Sequence record: KT321315.1
Length of the DNA stretch: 64,000 nt
Strand: one strand, 5' to 3'
Origin: Enterobacter phage phiEap-3
Shown: positions 27,294 through 36,018 of the stretch, one piece after another
Position numbering within the stretch: the first letter of the stretch is position 1
Layout: each line of letters begins with the position of its first letter
Notes under the pieces: generated by a model
Database searches by the model: none
The model's input: the letters and a program-made list of their open reading frames with translations, nothing else
Told to the model about the DNA's origin: nothing
Translations under genes and position numbers: made by a program

Positions 27294-27470
27294 ACCTCAC
27301 TTCATTTTAGCAATGTATTTGTCAATACTCATGTAAACACGGGTATACATTACAGCAGCGTGACGGTCGAAGAATCTTTCCCACCATTCCAGCGCTTCCG
27401 CTTTAGAAGGTTTCGCGCCCAGGGCATCATGCATTTTGGCTTTGATTTCTGTTACTGTCAACATGTCCAT
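27294..27470 (-). CDS. small hypothetical protein (58 aa)
   Basis: Hand-translated (MDMLTVTEIKAKMHDALGAK...). Follows the conserved ccgaaacgaaacgg leader. Not in the ORF track. Confidence 0.3.
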
Positions 27471-27534
27471 TTTTTATCCCCGTTTCGTTTCGGTATGGGT
27501 GTAAGATAACATCATCCTACACCCAGCGCAAGAG

Positions 27535-27705
27535 TTATTTGTACTCCATGAAGAATTTTATTGCTTCTTCTGGCGTCATACCGTCAGAGAAAAATCCAAA
27601 GAAAGTACAGTGATGGTCGTTGTATGAAATATTCAAAGGAGATAGTAAACTTCGAACATGTTCAGCCCACAAACGATATTTTTTGCTGAATGGTTGATCT
27701 CTCAT
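27535..27705 (-). CDS. small protein (56 aa), SDG[MC]TPE[ED]A family paralog
   Basis: Hand-translated. Shares FFSDGMTPEEAIKFF with LYSDGCTPEDAVCEY of the adjacent ORF 27702..27899. Confidence 0.3.
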   Translation of the reverse strand: MRDQPFSKKYRLWAEHVRSLLSPLNISYNDHHCTFFGFFSDGMTPEEAIKFFMEYK

Positions 27706-27899
27706 TCTTCGTCCCCTTGTGCGTAATATTCACATACTGCATCTTCTGGGGTGCAACCGTCCGAGTAAAGAGCATACATCAGATCTTCGTCATAATCAGA
27801 AGAACCCAGCATATGTTGAACAGAACGTTTCCATTTATTGTAATCTTTTTCGCCCTGGGTTTCGCTGTTTTCTGATTTAAGCATTTCGTACATGTTCAT
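27702..27899 (-). CDS. small acidic protein (65 aa), SDG[MC]TPE[ED]A family
   Basis: ORF; paralog of the previous. Confidence 0.4.
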   Translation of the reverse strand: MNMYEMLKSENSETQGEKDYNKWKRSVQHMLGSSDYDEDLMYALYSDGCTPEDAVCEYYAQGDEE

Positions 27900-28041
27900 A
27901 GGAATCTCCCGTAGTCGGTTGCTGCATCTTCCGGATCCGCATCCAGTTCGTACAGTTCGCGAGCTAGTGCGCTGGGTTTAATATCGCGCCCTAAGTGGGC
28001 GCTAACATTACGTAGCCATTTCATATAGGGTTCGAATTTGT

Positions 28042-28293
28042 TCATTTTATACGTACCGCGTTAAAAGCCTGGTTCCGGAGATCATACGCTTTTTCAAGCT
28101 GTTCTGTAGTGAACAGAGAACTATCCGAGTTTACCGTGAAACTGCAAATGGTTTTGTTGTCGGCGTTGACTTCTTCAACAACGATATCATAACCCCAAAT
28201 ACCACTTAGTTCACATTTCACGTTACGGTACTTGATATAAACCGCAACAACATCTTCTTTTTTGTAGTTACGGCTTTTGTATAAAATTTCCAT
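28042..28293 (-). CDS. hypothetical protein (83 aa)
   Basis: ORF preceded by the catcgaaacgaagcagag leader. Confidence 0.4.
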   Translation of the reverse strand: MEILYKSRNYKKEDVVAVYIKYRNVKCELSGIWGYDIVVEEVNADNKTICSFTVNSDSSLFTTEQLEKAYDLRNQAFNAVRIK

Positions 28294-28538
28294 TTCAAAC
28301 TCCCTCTGCTTCGTTTCGATGTAGTAACGATACCAAATTCAAAACATGATTGTTTAGCAATTAGTGCTATAACACAAACGAACGTCCATCTGTTATAGAT
28401 CGTTCCAGCGATGAAGCGGTTACTGTAAATTCAGGAAACCAGCACCCAAGATTACTTGACCACCACCATACGTTAACACCATCTGTTTTAAATTCGATGT
28501 TCAGGTAAGTATTGAAAATGTGTTTCATGTTGTTCCCC

Positions 28539-28817
28539 TTATGCCATTTTCTTAGCGATTTTCCAGGAAGTTTTGAACGCCGGAACATCTTCAATATCAA
28601 TCCAGAAACCAGATCCGAAACCATCACTATAGCAAGGGCAACCGTCGCAGTAGTTTTCCCAGGTCATAACTTCACCACCAACAGAAGCACCAGTTTCCAT
28701 AGCACGTAATGCATCTTCAACTTTTTCCAGTTTTTCGGCGTTGTCGTCGTAAATGACAAAGTACCATTTACCGTTGTATTCGTTACCCAGTTTGATTGAT
28801 TCGCGAACAAGTTTCAT
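28539..28817 (-). CDS. hypothetical protein (about 92 aa from MKLVRESIK)
   Basis: An internal ATG follows TGGTATATTAC and the leader acacatagaaacgaaacagac. The track start reads through the promoter. Confidence 0.4.
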   Translation of the reverse strand: MKLVRESIKLGNEYNGKWYFVIYDDNAEKLEKVEDALRAMETGASVGGEVMTWENYCDGCPCYSDGFGSGFWIDIEDVPAFKTSWKIAKKMA

Positions 28818-28886
28818 GATGATTTCCTTTTTGTCTGTTTCGTTTCTATGTGTGTAATATACCACACCCAGATTTTAATGCAACAT

Positions 28887-29219
28887 TTATTTTGCTTCGA
28901 GTTCGATATTTTTCCAGGTTTTCATCGGAACCCCTATCGCATCCCAAAACTTAACATCTTCCGCTGCAATCAGAGTAAAGAAGATCCCAGTTTTCCAGTA
29001 TTTCCCGTTTCTGATTTCGTTTGCGATCTCATTCAACTGGTCACAAAAATGCTCAGTCCAACTAACATCACCATCCCAATGAGAACGTGGGTTGTACAGA
29101 GAAAATATGAAACTATCAATATAAGAAGATTTTCCGGTAGAGACGCCCATCAAAACAGCCAGGATTGTGCGAACTGCATATAAATTCTGAACCTCAACAC
29201 TTCTCGTTTTAATAATCAT
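28887..29219 (-). CDS. hypothetical protein (about 110 aa from MIIKTRSV)
   Basis: The track N-terminus (GFCYIAFIETKQ) is a translation of the PeSL repeat. The internal Met follows the leader. Confidence 0.4.
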   Translation of the reverse strand: MIIKTRSVEVQNLYAVRTILAVLMGVSTGKSSYIDSFIFSLYNPRSHWDGDVSWTEHFCDQLNEIANEIRNGKYWKTGIFFTLIAAEDVKFWDAIGVPMKTWKNIELEAK

Positions 29220-29292
29220 TTCATAATTCCTCTGTTTTGTTTCGATGAATGCAATATAACAAAACCCCTCACCATTGGCAAGGGGTTTTTGC
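29220..29292 (-). repeat. PeSL-like cassette (hairpin aacccctcaccattggcaaggggtt + TTGTTATATTGC + leader cgaaacaaaacagagg)
   Basis: Same architecture as the other cassettes. Confidence 0.55.
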
Positions 29293-29297
29293 AAAAA

Positions 29298-29558
29298 TTA
29301 TCGTTTGATTGGGGTATTATCTATAACCCTTTGAATTTCCGAACGTATCGTAGAATACTGGCACAATTCGGTAAGCGCCCGATCCAGGTGCATCATAGCG
29401 TAAGGAAAATCTTTTCCGCATTTGTCACATCGAGCGTATAAATGTAAATGGATGCGTCCGATCCCATCTACCTGACTATATTTCTGGAATATGTAAGGTT
29501 TTGCACCTCGATAGCCAGTAGCTTCATGCTTACACTCTCGTTTTTTGAACCATGACAT
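29298..29558 (-). CDS. small zinc-finger protein (CKHE...C...CDKCG)
   Basis: 86 aa ORF with Cys pairs. Confidence 0.4.
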   Translation of the reverse strand: MSWFKKRECKHEATGYRGAKPYIFQKYSQVDGIGRIHLHLYARCDKCGKDFPYAMMHLDRALTELCQYSTIRSEIQRVIDNTPIKR

Positions 29559-30133
29559 TAATAATATCCTTGTACGTTGAAGCGGTCACACAACAATTTT
29601 TTTGTTTGGTTAGTATCGCTTTGGATAGAATGCAACATAGCGCTGAACATGTTTAGGTTATTTTGCATCATTTCCGCGCTCATGAGAACTTCCATACGCG
29701 CACGTAAGCGTTTATTTTCTTCTTCCAACTCAACCATACGGTCATATGCTTTGATGCGCTCTAAGGGCATATCAGGACGCTCTTTGAGTACGCGAGCACG
29801 TTCAACCTCACAAGCATGATTTGCTTTCCAGTGGTTCGATTCCGCTTCAAATTTATTAAGGCGGCGGATCTCTTCAACCAGCTTTTTGATCATGTGTGGA
29901 TCCATCATGTCGATGAATTTCATCAGGCAATTGGATTTTGTTTTGTTGTCAGCACCAGACCAAGACGAATTATACGTAACCGTAAACGTGCGGCCCATTT
30001 CATCAACAACCCCGATCTTGTTATCATCGGTGATTGTAGCCGCCCATTTCTCCCGCATGGCTGTACAGGTTCCGCTGGCGACACTATGCAACTTGTTTAA
30101 TGTTGCATCATCAAATACAATTTCATCACTCAT
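29558..30133 (-). CDS. hypothetical protein with C-terminal coiled coil (191 aa)
   Basis: ORF. Confidence 0.45.
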   Translation of the reverse strand: MSDEIVFDDATLNKLHSVASGTCTAMREKWAATITDDNKIGVVDEMGRTFTVTYNSSWSGADNKTKSNCLMKFIDMMDPHMIKKLVEEIRRLNKFEAESNHWKANHACEVERARVLKERPDMPLERIKAYDRMVELEEENKRLRARMEVLMSAEMMQNNLNMFSAMLHSIQSDTNQTKKLLCDRFNVQGYY

Positions 30134-30140
30134 ATATGCC

Positions 30141-30539
30141 TCACATAGATTTCAAAATACGCAAAAGTGCGTTAGTAAAGATATCAGGAACACAACCACC
30201 AAACAACTTATGATTCATCAGCGCTAATTTCATGCTGTGATTTTCAGTATATCGCCCGTTCTGGATCCCCCAGGCAACGACATTACCAGGTTCATGAATA
30301 ACTAAGTTGGTGAGAGTAACGGTCATGCGCTCTTTATCATTGATAGAGAATGAATAGCAGTAACCGGATCCAATGTCGCCATAAAGGTTAAGGTCTTTCA
30401 ATTTCCCTTGCTCATGCAAGCGTTTCATATGAACTGCACATGCATGATTAATGGTCATTTCGTCATCCCTAGCCCAGTCATCAATACCAGAGGTATAACG
30501 AATATTGAAATAGTTAGTCAGTTCATTTGATACGCTCAT
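30141..30539 (-). CDS. hypothetical protein (about 132 aa from MSVSNELTNYF)
   Basis: Internal start chosen to remove a 119-nt overlap with the upstream ORF. Confidence 0.35.
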   Translation of the reverse strand: MSVSNELTNYFNIRYTSGIDDWARDDEMTINHACAVHMKRLHEQGKLKDLNLYGDIGSGYCYSFSINDKERMTVTLTNLVIHEPGNVVAWGIQNGRYTENHSMKLALMNHKLFGGCVPDIFTNALLRILKSM

Positions 30540-30741
30540 TAGAAACCTCACTTTTATAAAATTCTTTACCAGTCCCATTACAGCTACTGCATTTGGGAGA
30601 ACGGTTGCTATCATACCGCCCCGATCCGTTACATGCAACACATTTCCTTAATTTCCAGCCATACACGAACCTCATGTAATGATCGGTTCGTGCGGCCTTG
30701 CGTTCGTGGAAATTCATGCTTTGTAAACCTGAACCAACCAC
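30523..30741 (-). CDS. small CxxCxGxG (DnaJ-type) zinc-finger protein (72 aa)
   Basis: CVACNGSGRY...CSSCNGTGKE. Confidence 0.4.
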   Translation of the reverse strand: MVGSGLQSMNFHERKAARTDHYMRFVYGWKLRKCVACNGSGRYDSNRSPKCSSCNGTGKEFYKSEVSNERIK

Positions 30742-30914
30742 ATTTCGATGTTAGGCGCGTAAGTAACGTTTACCTTATGCATTGTGCGGTATTTGTAAGC
30801 GGCTTTGTACGCATCGAGTTCAGTCGGAACACAGAAAGAGAAACCGTTGTCATAGCGTTCTGCGTTAGAAACTTCACAACCAACTACAGCGGCAATATTT
30901 TTGTTCATGTTCAT
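30714..30914 (-). CDS. hypothetical protein (about 66 aa from MNMNKNIAAV)
   Basis: The track N-terminus reads through the PeSL. The internal Met follows the leader gaaacgaaacagagaaaggaaaacatc. Confidence 0.35.
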   Translation of the reverse strand: MNMNKNIAAVVGCEVSNAERYDNGFSFCVPTELDAYKAAYKYRTMHKVNVTYAPNIEMWLVQVYKA

Positions 30915-30990
30915 GATGTTTTCCTTTCTCTGTTTCGTTTCGATGTGTGTAATATAACAAAGCCCCTGCACGAATGCAAGGGCTTTTTTG
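30915..30990 (-). repeat. PeSL-like cassette (hairpin aagcccctgcacgaatgcaagggctt + TTGTTATATTAC + leader acacatcgaaacgaaacagag)
   Basis: Hairpin identical to the one at 35370..35401. Confidence 0.6.
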
Positions 30991-30991
30991 A

Positions 30992-31906
30992 TTATTTTGG
31001 TAATTTTTCGATGGTTGCTTTCAACTCATTGATTTTATTAAAGAGTTCATCGCTATATTTCATCAACTCACTACGGCGCTTTTCGGCCCACTTGATCAGG
31101 AATTCAGGAGAATCTACACCATACGTGTAACCTTCGGCACTCAGTTGAATACGAGCACGGGAACCATAATCAACAGAACTTTGCTCAATGAGAAACTTAA
31201 CCGCATCAAGCAGGGCTAAATCTTCATGACTTACCATGATTCCTTCTGCCTTTGGAAGATCCACAACTTCATCTTGGATGAGTTCACGGCGGGTTGTTTC
31301 TTCCAGTGTTTCATGATTCTGGATCATCGTTTCAACCGGATCCTTTACCACGACTGGTTTGTTTTCACCTACTTCTTCCAAAAACATCAACATCCATCCA
31401 GGAATTTTAGTCCGGAAAGAACTTTGCACTTCACTGGTGCATGAATTTCCCAGAATGTGGATCGCGTTGCCATGCATATCAACTTTATTGATATAGATAA
31501 CGTTCTGCTGTTCCTGTCGGTTGCTACCATAAGAAAGGAAGCGGCGTAACGATGTGTTATGACCATACTTCCCTAAATCGATTTCAGCCAGGCAATCAAT
31601 GATCCCACGGTTAGAAACCTTGTAGCGCTTACCCTGTTTGAAAAATAACGGTTCTTCCATGTGAGTAGGGTTAAACTCTTCGTAAAGCACATAGAATTCT
31701 TTAGGAATTTTGCGTTGAACCAGATTCAGTTTACAATTATTAGAAGGAACGATAACAGAGTGAATGTTTCCTTCTGTATCACACATAGCTTGCATTACTT
31801 GCGGATAGTAAAGATGGTCTTTCTTGCAAGTATAGCTATGGATACGACTCTGACGTTTTTTGAAGTACCATTTACCAGTTTCAAAAGGCGCTGTTGTAAA
31901 ATTCAT
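30992..31906 (-). CDS. hypothetical protein (304 aa), partner of the DUF262-like gene
   Basis: ORF, ATGA-coupled to 31903..32430. Confidence 0.5.
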   Translation of the reverse strand: MNFTTAPFETGKWYFKKRQSRIHSYTCKKDHLYYPQVMQAMCDTEGNIHSVIVPSNNCKLNLVQRKIPKEFYVLYEEFNPTHMEEPLFFKQGKRYKVSNRGIIDCLAEIDLGKYGHNTSLRRFLSYGSNRQEQQNVIYINKVDMHGNAIHILGNSCTSEVQSSFRTKIPGWMLMFLEEVGENKPVVVKDPVETMIQNHETLEETTRRELIQDEVVDLPKAEGIMVSHEDLALLDAVKFLIEQSSVDYGSRARIQLSAEGYTYGVDSPEFLIKWAEKRRSELMKYSDELFNKINELKATIEKLPK

Positions 31907-32430
31907 TTTGCATTCTCATACATAGTTAAAATTGCTTGCATATGTTCCGGTGATTGTGGAACCCCTGCAAAGTTCACTTTCAAAAAGAAATTCAACCGAT
32001 CTTTTATGTTGCACTCATCGAGTCCAAGCGCTGGCAATGAAATGTTTTCGAAAGCACGTTGTTCATGTCTTTCCATTTCACCCCAAAACAAACGGGAACC
32101 GTCAGGCATCGGTATTCCAATTTCATTGTTCCAGAATTTCATGATAGTTGTCAAGCGTTGTTTTCCATCGATGACTTCTACCCATCGAGATTCGTTGAAT
32201 TCGCTATCAACCGCGATCGCAATGATACCGCAAGGAAACCCAGTTATCAAAGTCTTCATGAAAGCATCTTGCTCTTTCTGCTTCCACACGTAGGGCCGCT
32301 GATAGGACGGATTCAGATCCAGATCGTTGTTCTTGAACCAGTGAATGTAACTACCAACCATGATCGCATGATCGCGACTTTGGAAAGTTTTTAACTCACG
32401 AATACGGTTTCTTGCAATTTCGTCTGTCAT
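31903..32430 (-). CDS. DUF262 / ParB-like nuclease-domain protein (DGQQR-type motif DGKQRLTT)
   Basis: VIDGKQRLTTI matches the DGQQR signature of DUF262, the N-terminal domain of GmrSD-type enzymes. An internal ATG at 32430 gives ATGA overlap with the upstream gene. Confidence 0.55.
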   Translation of the reverse strand: MTDEIARNRIRELKTFQSRDHAIMVGSYIHWFKNNDLDLNPSYQRPYVWKQKEQDAFMKTLITGFPCGIIAIAVDSEFNESRWVEVIDGKQRLTTIMKFWNNEIGIPMPDGSRLFWGEMERHEQRAFENISLPALGLDECNIKDRLNFFLKVNFAGVPQSPEHMQAILTMYENAK

Positions 32431-32753
32431 TATAAAATCACCATCCAGAATATAATCGTAATCATAACCGCTACGGTGAAACACATTGCAGCGTACACAC
32501 GCGCATTATGAACCTGTGTTTTCAATTCCGCGATCTCTTGATCCTTTTCGCTTTCAAACTCTTCGCGAGTACCATAATACCCAGGATCGTTAGCAGTTGC
32601 CAATCTAACCGCATCTTTTTCAACCAGCGTTGCATAACCGCTTTTTATTTGTGTCGCCCCGTACCATCCACCCCGATCGTTGTTAATGATCAGATGATCG
32701 CCTTTTTCGTTATGCTTTGACTCACCAATGACAATAACCCGTTTACCATTCAT
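32430..32753 (-). CDS. C-terminally membrane-anchored hypothetical protein (107 aa)
   Basis: C-terminal hydrophobic helix AAMCFTVAVMITIIFWMVIL. Confidence 0.45.
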   Translation of the reverse strand: MNGKRVIVIGESKHNEKGDHLIINNDRGGWYGATQIKSGYATLVEKDAVRLATANDPGYYGTREEFESEKDQEIAELKTQVHNARVYAAMCFTVAVMITIIFWMVIL

Positions 32754-32781
32754 AATATGATCCTCAAAGGGGCCGAAGCCC

Positions 32782-33039
32782 CTATTTTGCGTTCTTCTGT
32801 AGATAATCTAACAGATTCCCGCTTTGATGTAAATCCAAAACTTTAGAAAACTTCTCTGCGTTTCTTTCGTTTGTGAGTTCGTCGAAATGCCATACACCAT
32901 CATCAGCTATTAACGCGCCAGGTGATGAACCTGTTTCTACATCACGGGAAAGCGCAAGCCCCAGAGGGTGTAAGATTTCGCGGTTAATGCGCCAAACAAG
33001 GCCCATTTCTGATAGAGTATTAAAATCGACGTATTTCAT
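32782..33039 (-). CDS. hypothetical protein (85 aa)
   Basis: ORF. Confidence 0.4.
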   Translation of the reverse strand: MKYVDFNTLSEMGLVWRINREILHPLGLALSRDVETGSSPGALIADDGVWHFDELTNERNAEKFSKVLDLHQSGNLLDYLQKNAK

Positions 33040-33040
33040 A

Positions 33041-33424
33041 TTATGCCTTTGGTTTCACACCGTAGGCCAACATACCGAAACGGTGATCGTTGTCTGCATC
33101 TTTAAACAGAACTTCGTTACCATCAATGCAGATAACCTTTGCTTCCGGATCGATGTATGGAAGCAACCACAAAGGGATCAGGCGTAGGCCGCTATGTTCA
33201 TCCCAGCGACTGAAATTGAGTTCTTCCAGTTCATCAAGGGAAAGCTCATTAGGATCGATATAACGGAACCATTTGGTATTTTTGAGGCGGTCGGGGAAGT
33301 TTACAATTTCTTCATAGCCGAATTCAGCACTCCATGAAGAGTAAACAGTGACTTCGGATGCTTTGGTTAAAACAGCATCGCGAATTGATTTGCAGATATC
33401 GATTAAAGTCAGTTGATTTTCCAT
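33041..33424 (-). CDS. hypothetical protein (127 aa)
   Basis: ORF. Confidence 0.45.
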   Translation of the reverse strand: MENQLTLIDICKSIRDAVLTKASEVTVYSSWSAEFGYEEIVNFPDRLKNTKWFRYIDPNELSLDELEELNFSRWDEHSGLRLIPLWLLPYIDPEAKVICIDGNEVLFKDADNDHRFGMLAYGVKPKA

Positions 33425-33434
33425 GATATATTTC

Positions 33435-33842
33435 TCATCTTGCTAAAATTTTAGGCAATAGTTGCCCCATCGTTTTACGTGCATGTGACGGAATCTGTGA
33501 TACTGGGACATATTTGAAATCATCCATTTCACGTATAGTCCGTCCGTTCTTAACGAAAGTGGATGCACAATAGCATTCTTCCGCTACTGGGTAATCTTGC
33601 CCTACATAGAGGAATAAAGCAAGGTTTTTTGTTTTCGTGTAATCGAGAACACCCAGGCTAACCAATTCCTCCGCGAACACTTCAAATCCTGTTTCTTCGA
33701 AGCATTCGCGGATCGCCGCGTCAATATGAGTTTCGCCCTTTTCAACATGCCCCTTCGGAATATCCCAATGGGGCGTTTCAGTGGCATGGCCCATCAACAC
33801 GGCACCATCTTTAATAAAGATAATACCCGCTGATAGTTCCAT
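33435..33842 (-). CDS. nudE: Nudix hydrolase (T4 NudE/e.1 position)
   Basis: Nudix box GHVEKGETHIDAAIRECFEETG. Sits in the e-to-57B interval, as in T4. Confidence 0.75.
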   Translation of the reverse strand: MELSAGIIFIKDGAVLMGHATETPHWDIPKGHVEKGETHIDAAIRECFEETGFEVFAEELVSLGVLDYTKTKNLALFLYVGQDYPVAEECYCASTFVKNGRTIREMDDFKYVPVSQIPSHARKTMGQLLPKILAR

Positions 33843-34088
33843 TTATTCACCTTCAAAAGCGTTATCAAATGCTTCAAGTGCTTTGTTAGCGCGAGCACTG
33901 GCTTTTGTCACACCAGCAGAAAGGTTTTCAAAGAAAGTATGTTTCCACACTTCGCGACGACTGGATTCATGTTCCAGAAGGTTTTTGTGATTACCGCGAA
34001 TCTGTTCTTCCATGTTGTAACGGTACAGATCGAGTTCTGTGTTTAATTCCTGTTCTAATGCCTGTGCAAATACTTGTTCAATATTCAT
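33843..34088 (-). CDS. hypothetical helical protein (81 aa)
   Basis: ORF, coupled. Confidence 0.4.
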   Translation of the reverse strand: MNIEQVFAQALEQELNTELDLYRYNMEEQIRGNHKNLLEHESSRREVWKHTFFENLSAGVTKASARANKALEAFDNAFEGE

Positions 34089-34336
34089 TTTGTATAGCCT
34101 ATTTCAGATTTAAGGTTTTCGAGGGTAGAATGATAAACAACATTCCCTTCGTGTCGAGTATACCATACTTTTCCGTTCTGGTTACACTCATTCATTACTT
34201 TTTCATCTAAACCAGGGATCGGCTTCATGCTGGGAGAAAACGCGATAGACATCATTTGTTCCGCACTATCAGCAAACCCACAAGGGAAAACAGATCCAGT
34301 TGGTTTATCAAGATACATCAACTCTACTTTAGCCAT
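34085..34336 (-). CDS. hypothetical protein (about 83 aa from MAKVELMY)
   Basis: Internal start chosen to resolve the overlap with 34329..34622. Confidence 0.35.
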   Translation of the reverse strand: MAKVELMYLDKPTGSVFPCGFADSAEQMMSIAFSPSMKPIPGLDEKVMNECNQNGKVWYTRHEGNVVYHSTLENLKSEIGYTK

Positions 34337-34622
34337 AGATTTCTTCGAAATCCTCACAATCAGGCAAATACGTTTCACAGAAGGTGCAAAGCGTAAAGAA
34401 TGCAGGTTGACGAATACCAGGATTATCCGGTAGATACATCCAGAAGGTGTTAGCAAACACGATGAATGTTTTCAGGTTTTCGGTGGTAATTTCGCTAACA
34501 CCATCATACCCGGATTGATTGATCGCGCGTTGCAGCGGCACCTCATACTGTTCGCAATAGTCGGCATAATGATCGCTTGTTACCAGGCCATTAGCCATTT
34601 TAATCAGATCAACGATTTTCAT
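34329..34622 (-). CDS. hypothetical Cys-containing protein (97 aa)
   Basis: ORF. Confidence 0.4.
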   Translation of the reverse strand: MKIVDLIKMANGLVTSDHYADYCEQYEVPLQRAINQSGYDGVSEITTENLKTFIVFANTFWMYLPDNPGIRQPAFFTLCTFCETYLPDCEDFEEIYG

Positions 34623-35041
34623 GATTTTACATATTCCACTTTAACAGGTTTTGCAACAAATTTATCTTTGGTGCGCCCATGACCATTACACAGGTCACAT
34701 TCTCTGTTGAAATCTTTCATATCTTCGACCCATCCAGAATCTGGCAACCCAGACGGATATGCGTTATAACTAATGGTTTCATAACCTTTTCCGTTGCATT
34801 TCGGGCAAACATGAGGACGTTCCTTTTTAGCAGACTCTACCAGTTCGCGAAGGGTGGTAGAACTACCATAAGCCCGACTCATGTTTTCAAAGTCTTTTAA
34901 AGTCATGCTATAAACATCAATGATGTTATATTTTTTACCGGATGGTTTAGCCATAATATATTTCTCACTTAAAGAATTTTTTGATGAAAGAGATAGCAAG
35001 GCCGATACCAAAGAAAACCCAATATGCTTTACCATCACCAT
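34619..35041 (-). CDS. zinc-finger protein (CPKCNGKGY ... CDLCNGHG) with hydrophobic N-terminus
   Basis: Two CxxCxGxG motifs. Confidence 0.4.
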   Translation of the reverse strand: MVMVKHIGFSLVSALLSLSSKNSLSEKYIMAKPSGKKYNIIDVYSMTLKDFENMSRAYGSSTTLRELVESAKKERPHVCPKCNGKGYETISYNAYPSGLPDSGWVEDMKDFNRECDLCNGHGRTKDKFVAKPVKVEYVKS

Positions 35042-35194
35042 TTGCTAACACATAAACTGCGTTACCGTATGCAAAGATTTCCGCGATGTTCATTAAGTTT
35101 CTCATGATATCCTCCTTTTTCTATATTAAGTATCTTACCATAATATAAACCAAAGTCAACAACAAAGTTTTATCAACCCACTTATCACCAGTCA

Positions 35195-35335
35195 TTAGTA
35201 ATCTCCTACAGGTTGAGACGCCGCAACACTCAGGATCTTGAAAGTGCAATTGTTCCACTCACAATACGTTTTTGCACAGTGAACACTTCCTTTCATAACA
35301 AACCCGTTTGAGAAAATTAACCAGTAAAGTTTCAT
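35195..35335 (-). CDS. small Cys-rich protein (46 aa, MKLYWLIFSNGF...)
   Basis: The internal Met follows a PeSL cassette and an RBS (aaggagg). The track N-terminal extension translates the repeat. Confidence 0.3.
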   Translation of the reverse strand: MKLYWLIFSNGFVMKGSVHCAKTYCEWNNCTFKILSVAASQPVGDY

Positions 35336-35402
35336 GATAGCCTCCTTTGTTTCGACAAGGCCAATATAACAAAGCCCCTGCACGAATGCAAGGGCTTTTT
35401 TC
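35336..35402 (-). repeat. PeSL-like cassette (hairpin aagcccctgcacgaatgcaagggctt + TTGTTATATTGG + leader)
   Basis: Hairpin identical to the one at 30958..30989. Confidence 0.6.
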
Positions 35403-36018
35403 AGTTTTTCAACATCCAAAGTTGCGGAGGACAATCTTTAGAAGCGATTAGACGATCCAGGCGGGACATAACCCGACGATAACCGTCGTATTCAAAATTG
35501 ATTTTTGGCGGAACGTAGTTAACCTGGATTGTTTTTCTGTTAGCTAAAGAAACATACTCAGGGATCACCGTTCGCAACCGTATAGCGATGACTGGCTTCT
35601 CTTCGCCTTCGTTAAAGAACATTTGAACAGTGATAGGACAGGCAAAGATTTTACCGTTTACACGACGATAAACAATAACTTCCTGTGTCCCTTCTGTTTT
35701 GGCCTTCACAGCGTAAGTTAGAACATAACACGAATAATGATTTGCTAGACTCATCATGATATCGCGATAAGTTTCAATATCTTTTTTAATCGATACCGAA
35801 CGGTCTTTAAAGCGATCTGCAATGTGGTCAGCAGTAGCCGCTACCTTGACTGTATACCAGTCACCTAACGCGCTAGTAAACGCCTCGCTAACTTCTTTTC
35901 GTACACTGTTAACAAGATACATTAAACGTGTTCTGTTCATATAATCCTCACTGATTTTTGAAGTATTCGATCTGACGCAAACGCTTTTCAGCGGCGGCTT
36001 TCGAATCGTATTCACCAA
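35401..36018 (-). CDS. hypothetical protein (205 aa; possibly starts at internal MNRTRLMY)
   Basis: ORF. The track start overlaps 57B by 70 nt. Confidence 0.45.
   Translation of the reverse strand: MVNTIRKPPLKSVCVRSNTSKISEDYMNRTRLMYLVNSVRKEVSEAFTSALGDWYTVKVAATADHIADRFKDRSVSIKKDIETYRDIMMSLANHYSCYVLTYAVKAKTEGTQEVIVYRRVNGKIFACPITVQMFFNEGEEKPVIAIRLRTVIPEYVSLANRKTIQVNYVPPKINFEYDGYRRVMSRLDRLIASKDCPPQLWMLKN

Noticed and set aside
26892-27509. 205-aa plus-strand ORF, and many other plus-strand ORFs overlapping minus-strand genes between 1.2 and 40.6 kb (e.g. 5723..6085, 31661..32293, 12486..12803, 19383..19800)
   Set aside because: They lie antisense to densely packed, translationally coupled minus-strand genes with good starts. 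Their composition is low-complexity or odd, with no RBS context. Treated as shadow ORFs.
30992-31906. Homing endonuclease (GIY-YIG / HNH) in the e-57B interval, as T4 segB
   Set aside because: The 304-aa ORF shows no GIY-YIG, HNH or LAGLIDADG motifs by eye. Reported instead as the partner of the DUF262-like gene.
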